Positions 9,920-21,541 of a stretch of DNA of 64,000 nucleotides are shown here, one piece after another. The DNA lies in assembly GCA_001687465.1 (NCBI GenBank), contig LVLI01000256.1, forward strand, positions 1-64,000. Reading direction: 5' to 3'. The notes beneath the pieces were generated by a model. It did not search any database, was not told where the DNA came from, and saw nothing but the letters and a program-made list of their open reading frames with translations. The DNA comes from Halocafeteria seosinensis. Lineage: Eukaryota. Within the stretch, counting starts at the first letter, position 1. Each line of letters opens with the position of its first letter. The position numbers and the translations under genes are program-made.

Positions 9920-12833
9920 ATGTCGACTGAAGCAGTGGGCCCCTGGGGGTACCCCCATATCCGTTCTTGTGACCAAGAGGATCAATTCTTTGGCACTTCG
10001 GTCCAGGATCCTTACCGCTACCTGGAAGACCCCGATTCCTCGGAGACCAAAGACTGGATATCGAAGCAACGGAAGGTGTTTGACAAGTATTTCGGGGCCG
10101 ACGGCGCTCAATCCCTGCGTGCCACCTTGCGGGAAGAGTTTGAAAAAGTGTACGAGTATGAGAAAGTGGGCTCCCCTTTTCGGCGAGGAGACTCGTACTA
10201 CTTCTTCAAGAACGATGGACTCCAAAACCAGGACGTTTTGTACAAGACATCCTCCCTAGAGAAGCAGAATGAGGACGCCCAGGTGTTCTTGGACCTGAAT
10301 GAAGTACGTCTGCTGGTATTTGACTCCACGGAGCATTGACGTCGCTCAATTCCCCGAGGGAGGACACGTATTCACTTCCTCTACTGACGTGCGTACATGC
10401 AGGAATTCCCTGACGGCACCACTTCTCTAGCTTGTGGATCTTTCTCTGAGGATGGCAAGTTCTTTGCGTATGGGCTCTCCATTGGAGGATCGGACTGGGT
10501 TACCATCAAGGTGCGCGAGGCCGCCACGGGCAAAGATTTGGAAGATCGCGTCTCCTGGGTCAAGTTCTCTTCCATCGAGTGGTTGCATGACAATAGCGGA
10601 TTTTTCTACGGTATGTTGGTACCATGCAACACGCCTTAGCATTGGCGTCATAAGTTTGTGAGTATATGTTCGATGGAATGTTGGTACGCAGCTTGCTTCC
10701 CTGCACCAGAGGGGGTGAAGGCTGCTCTGGATGAAGGAGATGAGAATCAGAAGGCTGCTGGAACTGAAACGGGAAGTAACAAAAACCATATGATCTGTTT
10801 CCATCGTCTGGGAACGAATCCGAGTGAAGATAAACTGGTATACTCTAATCCGGAGAATCCGCAGTGGGTGGTAGGGTGCGAAGTTACAGATGATGGCAAC
10901 TACCTCTTGGTACTCCCTTCGAACGGCTGCGATCCTGTGAATCGGGTATACTATGGTATGTATCTCTTGCTTCCTTGTTGAAACTTGATATGAGAGATAC
11001 GAAATGTGGTACGTGACCCGCTGCATGCTTACAGTCAGCCTACAATCGGAAGAATTCAAGAATTGGTTCCATTCCGGCAATTCCAACCAACCATTGCCGT
11101 TGGTGAAACTAATCGACAACTTTGGTAAGGCTTAATCAGATATTAATTGGAGTCATTTGAAGGAGTTATGAACTGCCCAAACACAGATGCTGGATATGAC
11201 TACGTCGCTAATGATGGCTTGGAGTTCTACATGATGACTAATAAGTATGCTCCCAAGTACAGGCTGGTGAAAATGCAATTTCCAGAGACTGAGCCAAGAG
11301 AAATGTAAGCATGACTTCGCGTACTATGCTGTAACTTTGTCATCGACGTAGATATTCACCTTTGTCACTGGCAGTCCATCTATGGCTGATGTTCTACCTG
11401 AGGAGGAGGACCTGCTTGAGTGGGTAAAAGCGGTTGGGGACAACCGTCTGTTGGTCTGTCGCCTTCATGACGTAACTCACAGAATCGAGCTGCGGCACAT
11501 GCACCATCCTAAGCATCCCCCAGAAATCGTACAACTTCCAGCCCCCGGTTGCGTTGCTGGTGTATCAGGTATGATATCGCCTAGGTTTCCTCTCCACTAA
11601 GCGACTGCTCTGCATGGTACCGTTTTATGCAGCTAAACGAGACCATTATGAGTTTTTCTTCAAGTTTGTATCGTTTACTTTCCCTGGAACGATATTCAGA
11701 TATGAGCTACCTAAGGATGACGAACAGGGCGAAGGTAAGCGTACACTTCAGCATACTTTATGTGAATTTCAAGAGCTCACGGTGGCTAATAGTTATTAAC
11801 CTGCGGATTCAGTGAAAGCGGGAACGATGACTGAGCACTATGCAACTCAGGTTCCTGGATTCGTACCGGACGAATTCGAGACTTGGCAAGACTTTGCCGA
11901 AAGCACGTAAGTCGAAAGAGAAAATAACAGATATCTACGGACGTGCTGTCATTTCGCACTCGCGTTGTTGGCTGCAGCGACGGAACGAAGATCCCTTACT
12001 TCGTGGTAAGGAAGAAGGGCTCAAACGAGAACCCTAAACCTTGCATCTTGTACGGCTATGGAGGTTTCAGTATCAGTGTCAAACCAAGTTTTGCTCCTTT
12101 CCGCCTGGTGTGGATGAAAAAGCTTGGGGGTGCTATTGCGGTGGCGAATATCCGTGGGGGTGGTGAATATGGAGAGCGTTGGCACAAAGCGGGATCCTTA
12201 TTGCACAAGAAGAACTGTTTCGATGACTTTTGCTCAGTGGGCGATGCTCTTGTGAATAACAAGATTACCTCTGCAGAGCAACTCGCTATCATGGGAGGAT
12301 CAAACGGAGGGCTGTTGGTCCTCGCCTCTACTCTTCGGAGACCCGAACTATTCAGAGTAGGAATTGCTCAAGTACCGGTGGCAGACATGCTGCGTTTTCA
12401 TAGGTTTACGATTGGCCATGCGTGGTGCACCGACTATGGTAAGCGTTTGAGTGCAGCTTGAATGATGAAAACAACGCTCTAGAATGTTGCTGTCTCCACA
12501 GGCTGCGCGGATAATTCTCAAGAAGAGTTTGAGTACCTGTACTCCTATTCTCCACTGCATAACGTATATGAACCTACTTCGTCAAAGAACCAGCTCCCCT
12601 CTCTTATGCTATGCACGGCCGATCACGACGACCGCGTCGTGCCTTTGCATTCCTTCAAGATGACGTCCGCGTTGCAGATGACGGCGGGGAAGTCTGAGCA
12701 TCAGCAGCATCCGTTAATAATTAGAATCGAGGAGAAAGCTGGTCACGGGGCGGGCAAGCCTACAAGTAAGATTTTGGATGAGGTTTCGGATGTCTACACC
12801 TTCATTGCTACCGAAGTAGGGGCCACAATCTAG
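9920..12833 (+). CDS. PREP: Prolyl oligopeptidase (peptidase S9A), multi-exon
   Basis: DPYRYLED, NDGLQNQ, LYGYGGF, NIRGGGEYG, catalytic GGSNGG, ADHDDRVVP, AGHGAGKP. Confidence 0.95.
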
Positions 12834-13032
12834 TAGAAATGGTTTCCGTTTTATTATGATCTGTTCGCGTCAAGTTATTGGGAATGCCGGCGAACAATGA
12901 TTCTTGCGACAGCAAGCTTGTAACAATCTTTTTTTTTGTGTGTCCTGGAGTCATACTAGGAATAGACAGCGCTCTAGCGACTTCTTCAGCGGGTCGAAAT
13001 TTTCGTTTGCACGGTAGTAGTCCTTATCGTTT

Positions 13033-13749
13033 TCACTGTCGAGCTTCACCTCGCAAACGGCCTATTGAGTACCTACTTTCAGCGTTGCGGTCTTGGTTCT
13101 CACTGTACTGTGTACGCTCGTTTCTATTTTCCTGGTAGTTCTGTGTGCTAATGTGGTCCTGCTGTTGTCCTTCAACTCCTTCCATATTCTGCTCTTTCTC
13201 CTTATCCAAGTCCCCTTCCTTCTCATCATCCCCTTCATCAAGGTCTATCGAGTCGATTTCCTCCAGTTTCTTGTATACTTTGGCAATTTCATCCCTATTC
13301 GCTGCAGCCTGTTTCTCCACATCAGAGAACCGGTTGAGTATCTTGGCCGTGGAATCGCTCAATTCACTTTGCACTTCCTCCAAAGTATTCGAGAACTGTT
13401 GGAACTTGCCACCTCCCTGGGAATCCTGCGTTCTAAATCTTTGCAGTGCCTCGTCCACTTTCTTGATGAAATCCGTTTGAGCGGATATCTTGTTCAAAAC
13501 TTCTTTATGGCTATCTTCCATTCTCTGAGAGTCCTGTTGGTGCTGCTTTTCCATTTTATCCAGGCTATCGCGTAACTCTTGGATGTTCCCTGACAGCATA
13601 TGAATGTTCTGAGTCAGACGATCAGTGGCGTTCTCGGTCATGGAATACACTTGATACGCCAATAGCAACGAGGCTATCGTCCCCACAACTCCTGCCAAGA
13701 GCCATGGCAGCTGTTTGCCGCTGCCTCCACCACTTGAATGACCCTTCAT
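13033..13749 (-). CDS. Type II membrane coiled-coil protein, unknown function
   Basis: 238-aa ATG ORF with one N-terminal TM segment, long heptad region and acidic C-terminus. Confidence 0.7.
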   Translation of the reverse strand: MKGHSSGGGSGKQLPWLLAGVVGTIASLLLAYQVYSMTENATDRLTQNIHMLSGNIQELRDSLDKMEKQHQQDSQRMEDSHKEVLNKISAQTDFIKKVDEALQRFRTQDSQGGGKFQQFSNTLEEVQSELSDSTAKILNRFSDVEKQAAANRDEIAKVYKKLEEIDSIDLDEGDDEKEGDLDKEKEQNMEGVEGQQQDHISTQNYQENRNERTQYSENQDRNAESRYSIGRLRGEARQ

Positions 13750-14118
13750 TAGAACACTATCACACCCACCACTTTGTACAGATTAAATACTAGTCAATCC
13801 TCACGGGAATCTACGTATAACAACAGATGCAGTGGATAAAGTGAGCTGACTTCGATCTTCAACTCAACTTCAACCAAACATTATGACGCCGTTTTGTGCA
13901 GTGCTTGTGATAGTGCGGTATGAAGTTTACTAAACCAAGCATAACCTGGATGTAGTAGATATGGAAACAGTTGTTATGTATCCTGGGGTACAGGTCTGCG
14001 CTCCAGAATTCAAAAACCACTTCGCAGTGGGTGGTCTCTGTTACATATTGAATCGTTTACTACCCTACATGAGCATCTACTAATTTGCCTAAGATATTTT
14101 CAATATAAGAGCGAAGCT

Positions 14119-16578
14119 TTAGTCGACCTCCTCGATCTTGGGGCCGTCTCCGGAGCTGCCACCGGCATCACCGCCAGTGTCGCCACCAGCAGGAGCACCA
14201 CCTCCAGCACCAGGCATACCGCCAGGCATACCGCCTGGCATTCCACCAGGCATACCACCTTCGGCTCCACCTCCTTGGCCTCCGTAGAGCTTAGTGAGCA
14301 CAGGGTTAACTTTCTCTTCAAGATGCTTCCTCTTCTCTTCGTATTCTTCCTTTTCTTTTTCCTGGTTATTATCCAACCAGTCAATGGTCTCCTGGACGGC
14401 ATCCTCGACGGTCTTCTTGTCGTCGTCAGACAGTTGGGAGGCAACCTTCTCGTCACGGATGGAATTGCGCACAGAGAATGCATAGTTCTCGAGCTGGTTC
14501 TTGGCCTCTACACGAGCCTTCATCGCTTCGTCTTCGGCTTTGTATTTCTCGGCTTCAGCAACCATTCGCTCAACCTCTTCTTTACTCAGACGTCCTTTCT
14601 CGTTGGTAATAGTGATCTTGTTTTCCTTACCGGTACTCTTTTCGACCGCACTCACGTGCAGGATACCATTAGCGTCAACGTCAAAAGTGACCTCGATTTG
14701 GGGAGTGCCTCTTGGCATGGGTGGGATTCCATCCAAGTGGAACTTACCCAACAAGTTGTTGTCCTTGGTCATAGAGCGCTCACCCTCAAATACCTGAATC
14801 AACACACCAGGCTGATTATCAGCATACGTCGAGAAGGTTTGGTTCTTCTTGCATGGGATGGTTGTGTTACGTTCGATAAGCGTAGTCATCACACCACCGG
14901 CAGTTTCCAAACCGAGGGATAGAGGGGCAACGTCCAGCAAGAGCAAGTCATCCAGCTTCCCTCCAGTGTCACCGCCACTCAAAATAGCCGCTTGGATAGT
15001 AGCTCCGTAAGCAACAGCCTCATCAGGGTTAATGTTTTTGCATGCTTCTTTGCCATTGAAGTATTCCTCAAGCATGTTCTGGATCTTCGGGATACGAGTA
15101 GATCCTCCTACTAAGACGATCTCATCTACCTTGTCCTTGGAAACACCAGAATCGCGGAGTACCTTTTCTACTGGTTGGACAGTTTTCTTAAAGTAGTCCA
15201 TGCACATTTCTTCGAAGCGGGCACGGGTAACTGTGGTGCTGTAGTCAATTCCTTCAAAGAGAGAATCGATTTCGATGAATGCCTGAGTGCTGGACGAGAG
15301 GGTTCGCTTCGCACGCTCGCAGGCAGTTCTCAAACGACGGATTGAACGAAGGTTACCAGTGATGTCTTTGCGATGCTTCCTCTTGAAGTCCTGAATGCAG
15401 AAGTCTACCAATTTGGTATCAAAGTCCTCCCCTCCGAGATGTGTATCACCAGCAGTGGCTTTCACTTCGAAGATACCACTGTCCAAAGCAAGAAGGGATA
15501 CATCGAAAGTACCACCGCCCAAGTCGAAGATGAGTACGTTTCTTTCTCCTTCCTTCTTGTCCAAGCCGTATGCAATTGCTGCGGCAGTCGGTTCGTTAAT
15601 GATTCGCAACACTTGCATTCCGGAGATTTTGCCAGCATCTTTTGTGGCTTGCCTCTGGGAGTCATTGAAATAGGCACTGCACGAGAACAAAAAAGTCACG
15701 AATATGAAGTCTACCAAACCAACGTATTTTCACTTACGGGACTGTAACAACACTGTTGTTAACATCGGTACCGAGATAGCTCTCAGCAATGGTCTTCATT
15801 TTCTGCAAGACCATCGAAGAGATCTCCTCCGGAAGGAACTGCTTAGTCTCTCCCTTGTACTGGACCTCGATCTTAGGCTTGTCCTGTTCTCCAGCGACGA
15901 CTTTGAAAGGCCAACTCTTCATGTCGTTCTGCACGACAGGGTCGTTAAACTTCCGGCCAATCAATCGCTTGGCATCAAAGACGGTGTTGGATGGGTTCAT
16001 TGCCGTCTGGTTCTTGGCGGCATCTCCGATGAGACGCTCGTTGTCGGTGAACGCCACATAAGATGGAGTGGTGCGGTTGCCTTGGTCATTGGCAATGATT
16101 TCGACACGGTCGTTCTGCAGATCAGAGAGGTAAGCAAATGATCAATAAAATGCGCAAACATCCTGTGTAGCAGTGTTTGGAACTGAGCAGGGGTCAGACT
16201 CTCGGTAGAACGACACCAATTGTTCGAGAAGGAATCGAGAAAACTCTCCCTTCAACATAAACAAAGAGATTATGTGCATACCCTTGATGTGAACGCCCTT
16301 TCAATGATAAGATCTATTAAGGCTGCATACGGGCATGCCAATTTACTTCAGCCACTGTTCCGACTTCAGTAAGGACATCTGTTATTCCCCTGTGTGCTCC
16401 CCTTGTCCGATTCCTTGCACTGACACAGAACAACTTCACCGCCGAGGAAGGGACAAAAAGAAATTCCGATGAGGGACACCACTCCACATACCTGCCATAC
16501 ACCGACACAAGAGTATGTCGTGCCTAAATCGATGCCTACACACGGCCCTTCGGCTTTCTTGTCACCTTCGCCACTCAT
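14119..16578 (-). CDS. HSP70: Cytosolic heat shock protein 70
   Basis: [26 protein letters not shown] repeats, C-terminal EEVD; two introns (first 16115-16491). Confidence 0.98.
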
Positions 16579-16967
16579 TATAGATTTGCTAAACTGTAAG
16601 CGTTTACGTAAAAAATTCGTCAAAAAAAAATGTTGAAGTTCAACTTCGGGCTTAAACTGTCAACTCAATCGGATTTTTCTAACTAACGTTCGTTGAACCC
16701 AGCAGACTGTGAATTCGCATTGAAGTTCTCGTTTCATGTGATTGAATCAAACTTTGAAGGAAGTTCAAGCAGCTTAGCCGCTTTTGAAATTCCAACTTCG
16801 AAGGAATTGTCGCTCCAAATGTACCGGTGTTCATTGACATCCAGTTAACAGAGTCGCTTGTCACTGAACCGGTGGATTACCATAACGTATATCACGAGTC
16901 TCCAGATAACGATTAGTGATCAGCTTGTCTACAGGTAGTCTGTCAGAGTGAATTCCGGCCATACGAG

Positions 16968-17029
16968 TAGCGGGCCCGTCGCTGCTTAACATGGGAGCAT
17001 ACCGCTGCTCGTTAAGAGAATACAGTCAA
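16968..17029 (+). repeat. Dispersed transposon terminal unit (same family as 56653 and 59560-59640)
   Basis: TAGCGGGCCCGTCGCTGCTTAACATGGGAGCATACCGCTGCTCGTTAAGAG...GTCAA aligns without gaps to 56653-56714. Confidence 0.85.
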
Positions 17030-17084
17030 TAGACAATCGAATATCATGACTCTGCACACTGCTACACTGCTGCTAAAAATCGAG

Positions 17085-17270
17085 CGTAAATCTCTATGCC
17101 GTCCAGTGGCTCGCTCGGTCGCCCAGTCCAAAACTTGCAGTCTCCAGTCCAAAACTTGCAGTCTCCCGGGTTATGTCCGGTTTGAAGTCACATTGCCCTG
17201 CCTCTCGTTGCGTCTTGCAAGCATCTGTCATTCGTTGGGAAGTTTATATCGAGAGATAGTATGCAGTTAC
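17085..17270 (+). pseudogene. Highly degraded hAT transposase fragments
   Basis: LCRPVARSVAQ..LQSKTCSL resembles PIAESIERLERSQANL of the 59-kb copy; LSLRLASI...IER resembles the hATC ALRLFSI...VER motif; includes a 21-bp tandem duplication at 17123-17164. Confidence 0.45.
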
Positions 17271-17755
17271 CTGTGGGAGGCTGCGACTGCACTTTGGGCT
17301 TCCGTTCACAAACGCAATGGAGATCATTTTTTGTAGCACCCTTCAGCCGCCCGCCACCAATATTCAGCTGATTAGTAAAGCTACACGAGAACTTATCGGA
17401 ATGCTGGAGTGCCTTAATAAATGCACTGGTGCAAGCAGACAAGCCATGTGGCCGGTTGTCTGCGACGACGGTGTTACCCCATCTCGTTCACACAGTGCAC
17501 ATCTACGGTCTATGTTTTTCTCCTTTCTTATTTCGCGCAAGTGAGCTTCAATCCAGCATGACCATTGCGATTTAAAAGCCTATCGCACTCCGGAAAGTCA
17601 GCGTCCTGAGGTTGGCAACTTTTTTTTGCGAAGTTCGCGATCTTCACAAAAGCGACAATGTTATGCAGCCACTCTTACAGTCTAGAATCAGGAAACAGAT
17701 TGGTTCATACATTAGCACGTGTTCTTTCTTTGCTAGTTATCCTCAGTGACGGAAA

Positions 17756-18982
17756 ATGAAGGTGTTAGTAGGGGTTAAACGGGTGGTGGACTATGCAGTG
17801 AAAATCAGGATAAAGCCTGATAAGACTGGTGAGTGCCCTACCATTTTTGTTCCCCCATACTTCCCCTAGAAGGGTTCCCTCTGCCCTTTTGGTGTTTTTC
17901 GCCCTTTGCTGAGGGTGAAATTGCCGCTCTTTGACACGCTTTATTGTAACCAATAAGTATTCATGTGTCCAGCTGTGGAGACTGAAAATGTTAAAATGTC
18001 CATGAATCCCTTCTGTGAGATCGCTGTGGAGGAAGCTGTTCGTATGAAGGAGAAAAAGCACGCCGAAGAGGTAAGCTTCCGTCTGTGTTCCGCTAGCGGA
18101 CCAGACTGCTTTACATTGTGTATTTAGCACCTATTCTTCAGGTTGTTGCGGTTTCTGTTGGGCCTAAACAAGCTCAAGAAACATTACGGACCGCTCTTGC
18201 GATGGGTGCGGATAGGGGTAAGTTTTGGCCACGTCAGGGATTCCGGCACGCTCATAACGTGACGTCTTCGTAGCTCTATTTCTGCCCAGGTATACATATT
18301 CTCACGGATAAGAGAACGGATCAAGAAATTCAGCCGCTTGCAGTTGCCAAAATCTTCCAGCAGATTGTCCAAAAAGTATGTACGGTGTGATTGAGAGGCG
18401 TGAGCTACACTAAAGTTCAACCCCCATTCCAAATCGTTATAGCAGGAAACACCGGATATGTTTCTCATGGGCAAGCAATCAATAGATGATGACTGTAATC
18501 AAACAGGACAAATGCTCGCCGGACTTCTGGATTGGCCACAATCCACGTTTGCATCTGAACTGAAGATCAACGACGACAAGAAGAGCATCGAAGTTACGAG
18601 GGAAATTGACGGAGGTCTGCAGACTCTAAGACATCCTCTGCCTGCAGTGGTGACTGCTGATTTACGCTTAAATGAGCCTCGTTACGCTACTTTGCCGAAC
18701 ATAATGAAGGCGAAAAAGAAACCATTAGACACGCAAAAGGCAGAAGAACTCGGTCTTGACATTGATCCTAGAATAGAGGTACGTGAGAACTTCGGATGAA
18801 TGATGGAAACATTTTGCTTAAATGAGTATTCCTGAATGATGGAAACATTTTGCTTAAATGAGTATTCCTTGCACTTACAGACCATAGAAGTATCCGAACC
18901 TCCGTCCCGTGAAGCAGGAACCAAGGTTGAAAACGTGGACGAACTTATTGCGAAACTTAAGAACGAGGCTCAGGTGCTATAA
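17756..18982 (+). CDS. ETFB: Electron transfer flavoprotein beta subunit
   Basis: [76 protein letters not shown]. Confidence 0.96.
18797..18868. repeat. Perfect 36-bp tandem duplication in last ETFB intron
   Basis: TGAATGATGGAAACATTTTGCTTAAATGAGTATTCC x2. Confidence 0.95.
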
Positions 18983-19466
18983 TAGGGGATATTGGAAGAC
19001 TACTGTGTACATCTTGTTGTACGGTTTCATTCAGAATGGCAACAATGATCTTCGAAGAATTTCGGGTGGTTTATTCTCCCCCCACACTGTCGATTCTCTC
19101 ATATGCAAATCTTCAACACTACAGGCTCGGCAACAGCTTGCATATTCTATTCAGAATGTTAAACTCCTAGTACACAGTGCATAGAATTCTCAATTCTAGC
19201 TTCAAAACGTCGCACTGGTAAGCTCCACCGTTCCCGCCTTCCACTCAACCCGTTGGCCAACATTTTACATCTCAAGCCATGGTCAGAAAATGTTGTCCAC
19301 CACGTAGTCATGAATCCAAATTGGCCTACGGTTTGAAATGGAAAGAATCGTCTTTTTAGATGCACTGCCTGATACACCATCTTGACCTGTATTCTCAGCA
19401 CGCTTAACTTTGTATTACATGCGTACGAAAGTTACTACGGGTACTTAGTAGCGCGCACCAGGATCT

Positions 19467-20426
19467 TTAGACTCCTTTCTGTTCATACAGCGGTGAGTCG
19501 TATGCCCAGTTCAATCCCTCAGGGGTTTGCGTGCTCTTAATTTCTTCTGAAGAAACGGCAGTACTTCCCTTTTTACCGTGAGGGGGTGGTACTGGAGGAT
19601 ACCTGAACCCTTTGCCCTTCCTGTGGGAATTTACTGGCTGTTTTGCATGACCCGTCGCTGACTTTGGTTGCGTGCAAATAAATACTGAAAGATCTACGGC
19701 CCGCTGCACGGAAACTTCATTTTCGGCCCATGTCGAGACCGCTTTTGCCTTACGTCCCTGCAACGGGTTTACCGGTGCGGCGTCCAGTCTTTTCCTGCGG
19801 TCTCTTTGGAAACGAAACTTGTCGACATAGAAACCAACTACGACCAACACAAAAGCCGAAGCTCCGACATATATTGTCGCCATCAAAAAACTTGGAAGAG
19901 ATGAGCCATCACTCCCTTTATGCGTTGAGTAATAGCACACCCTTTCGACATCGAAATCTATCCCTGTTTTGGGAGCCAGTTCCATTGACCCCGATGCTTG
20001 TATTTTTGCTCTCAAAGCATCCGTTACAGGTTTTCCACTGCTACGGACAATTTGACTGTGAAGGAATTCCAACTGTTGGGTGTCCAATGATACTTTAGCA
20101 TCTTGCCATTTATGGAGGACAGCAAATTGAATAGTTCTGAGTTCGTACGGTGACCTCCCTTCCAGAGTTTGAATATTCACTTCTATGTTCGTGTATAATG
20201 TGTCCGAAACGACTTTCTTAATCACGCTCGTGACTGATTGTTTTAGGTTTTGATCGCTCTTTTCTGCATTGCTCATGTTAAGCTTCATTGACCCTTCGAC
20301 GACACTGTCTCCTTTCTCCGTATCTGAAGGCCACTTTGGCTTCTTTTTGCACGCGTGAGTTCCGCTTGCCACTGTTACCAGGGGGAGCATGAACAATATG
20401 CAATAAAATACCCATATCCAGTGCAT
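19467..20426 (-). CDS. Hypothetical type I membrane protein
   Basis: 319-aa ORF: signal peptide, ectodomain, TM LMATIYVGASAFVLVVVGFYV, basic stop-transfer, cytosolic tail. Confidence 0.7.
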   Translation of the reverse strand: MHWIWVFYCILFMLPLVTVASGTHACKKKPKWPSDTEKGDSVVEGSMKLNMSNAEKSDQNLKQSVTSVIKKVVSDTLYTNIEVNIQTLEGRSPYELRTIQFAVLHKWQDAKVSLDTQQLEFLHSQIVRSSGKPVTDALRAKIQASGSMELAPKTGIDFDVERVCYYSTHKGSDGSSLPSFLMATIYVGASAFVLVVVGFYVDKFRFQRDRRKRLDAAPVNPLQGRKAKAVSTWAENEVSVQRAVDLSVFICTQPKSATGHAKQPVNSHRKGKGFRYPPVPPPHGKKGSTAVSSEEIKSTQTPEGLNWAYDSPLYEQKGV

Positions 20427-20920
20427 ATTGCGGTCCTGGTGTCATCCACATGGGCTAATAGCTGTAAGCGTCATGTTGTGCCACCATGCAACCGGCTACA
20501 GGTATTACCCTCCATACACACACACAAGCACCCTAGTACCAAATCGCGTAGTGATACTGGTATATACTGTACATTCGGTTGGTCATACAAATAAGGGCCA
20601 AAAGTCAACTACAACTGTGAATATTAACGCTCGCGGGTGCCACGCGGCTGCGGAAGGTCTCCAAACTTGAAACCCCCTCATCACCAATGCGATAAGGAGT
20701 AGGTGCTCTGTTCCCTGGCCGTCGGCATACACAGCTGTATTACGATGGATTGTCAAGAAGGGTGGCGTCTGTCTTTGCGTGCACAATTTATCCTCGTCAG
20801 CTCCATCCTGGCATAGTTGTTGCAAGCTCCGGCGGCTTCCGGGTTGAATTCTTCTGTACTCTTTAGGTGCATTACAACTCATTGAGAGTATAAGCCGTGT
20901 AAAATTAAGAGACGGAAAAC

Positions 20921-21505
20921 ATGCCCGTCTCCCGGAAAGATGCTCCAGTCGTTTTATTGCTCGTCACTGGATTATTGACGTACTGTGCATACCTCTCATT
21001 CTCCGGCAGCAATGATGTGCATGCAGGATCTACAGCGCATGCCAGGCAGGAGCAGTATGTAGACGCGAATGGGCCAGTCTCTGGGAATATGAGAAGCAGT
21101 ATGAATGAGCCGTCGGCCTCTGCACAAGAAGACACGGGATTGACTGAGAGTTTCGAGTTTGAAGTGTTTGGGAGGGTGCAGGTACGTCAGGTAACGGTGG
21201 CATGAAGTGTATTCTATTTCTTAGCCAATTAGGTGGCTGTCTTCCAGGGTGTATCGTTCCGAAAATATACTCAGCGGAAAGCTCAGGAACTAGGCTTAGT
21301 GGGATACGTGTTCAACACAGTTCCCAAAGGAACTGTTAAAGGAGTAGCACAAGGCCCGCCTTCCAAATGTCAAGAACTCAAGAAGTGGCTCGAGAAGGAA
21401 GGATCGCCAGCAAGTACAATCGACAAAGCCAAATTTGAGAACAAGAGATTGCTCTCTAAGAAAGAGTATATATCCTTTGCAGTTCTAAGGGACTCGAAAG
21501 AGTGA
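20921..21505 (+). CDS. ACYP: Acylphosphatase with N-terminal hydrophobic anchor
   Basis: FEFEVFGRVQ|GVSFRKYTQRKAQELGLVGYVFNT..GTVKG..QG, GSPAS; one GT-AG intron. Confidence 0.9.
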
Positions 21506-21541
21506 TTGCCAACGGGGAAGCTCATATTTGTATATTCGCGT

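Noticed and set aside
14200..14270. 12-bp tandem repeats
   Set aside because: They encode the ordinary GGMP repeats of cytosolic HSP70
14275..14922. 215-aa antisense ORF over HSP70 and similar shadow ORFs elsewhere
   Set aside because: Antisense shadows of conserved coding genes with no independent motifs
16968..17029. IS200/IS605 or Fanzor right end (hairpin ending in TCAA)
   Set aside because: Other copies continue past TCAA and occur as inverted termini around hAT sequence; no TnpB/Fanzor RuvC ORF is visible in the window
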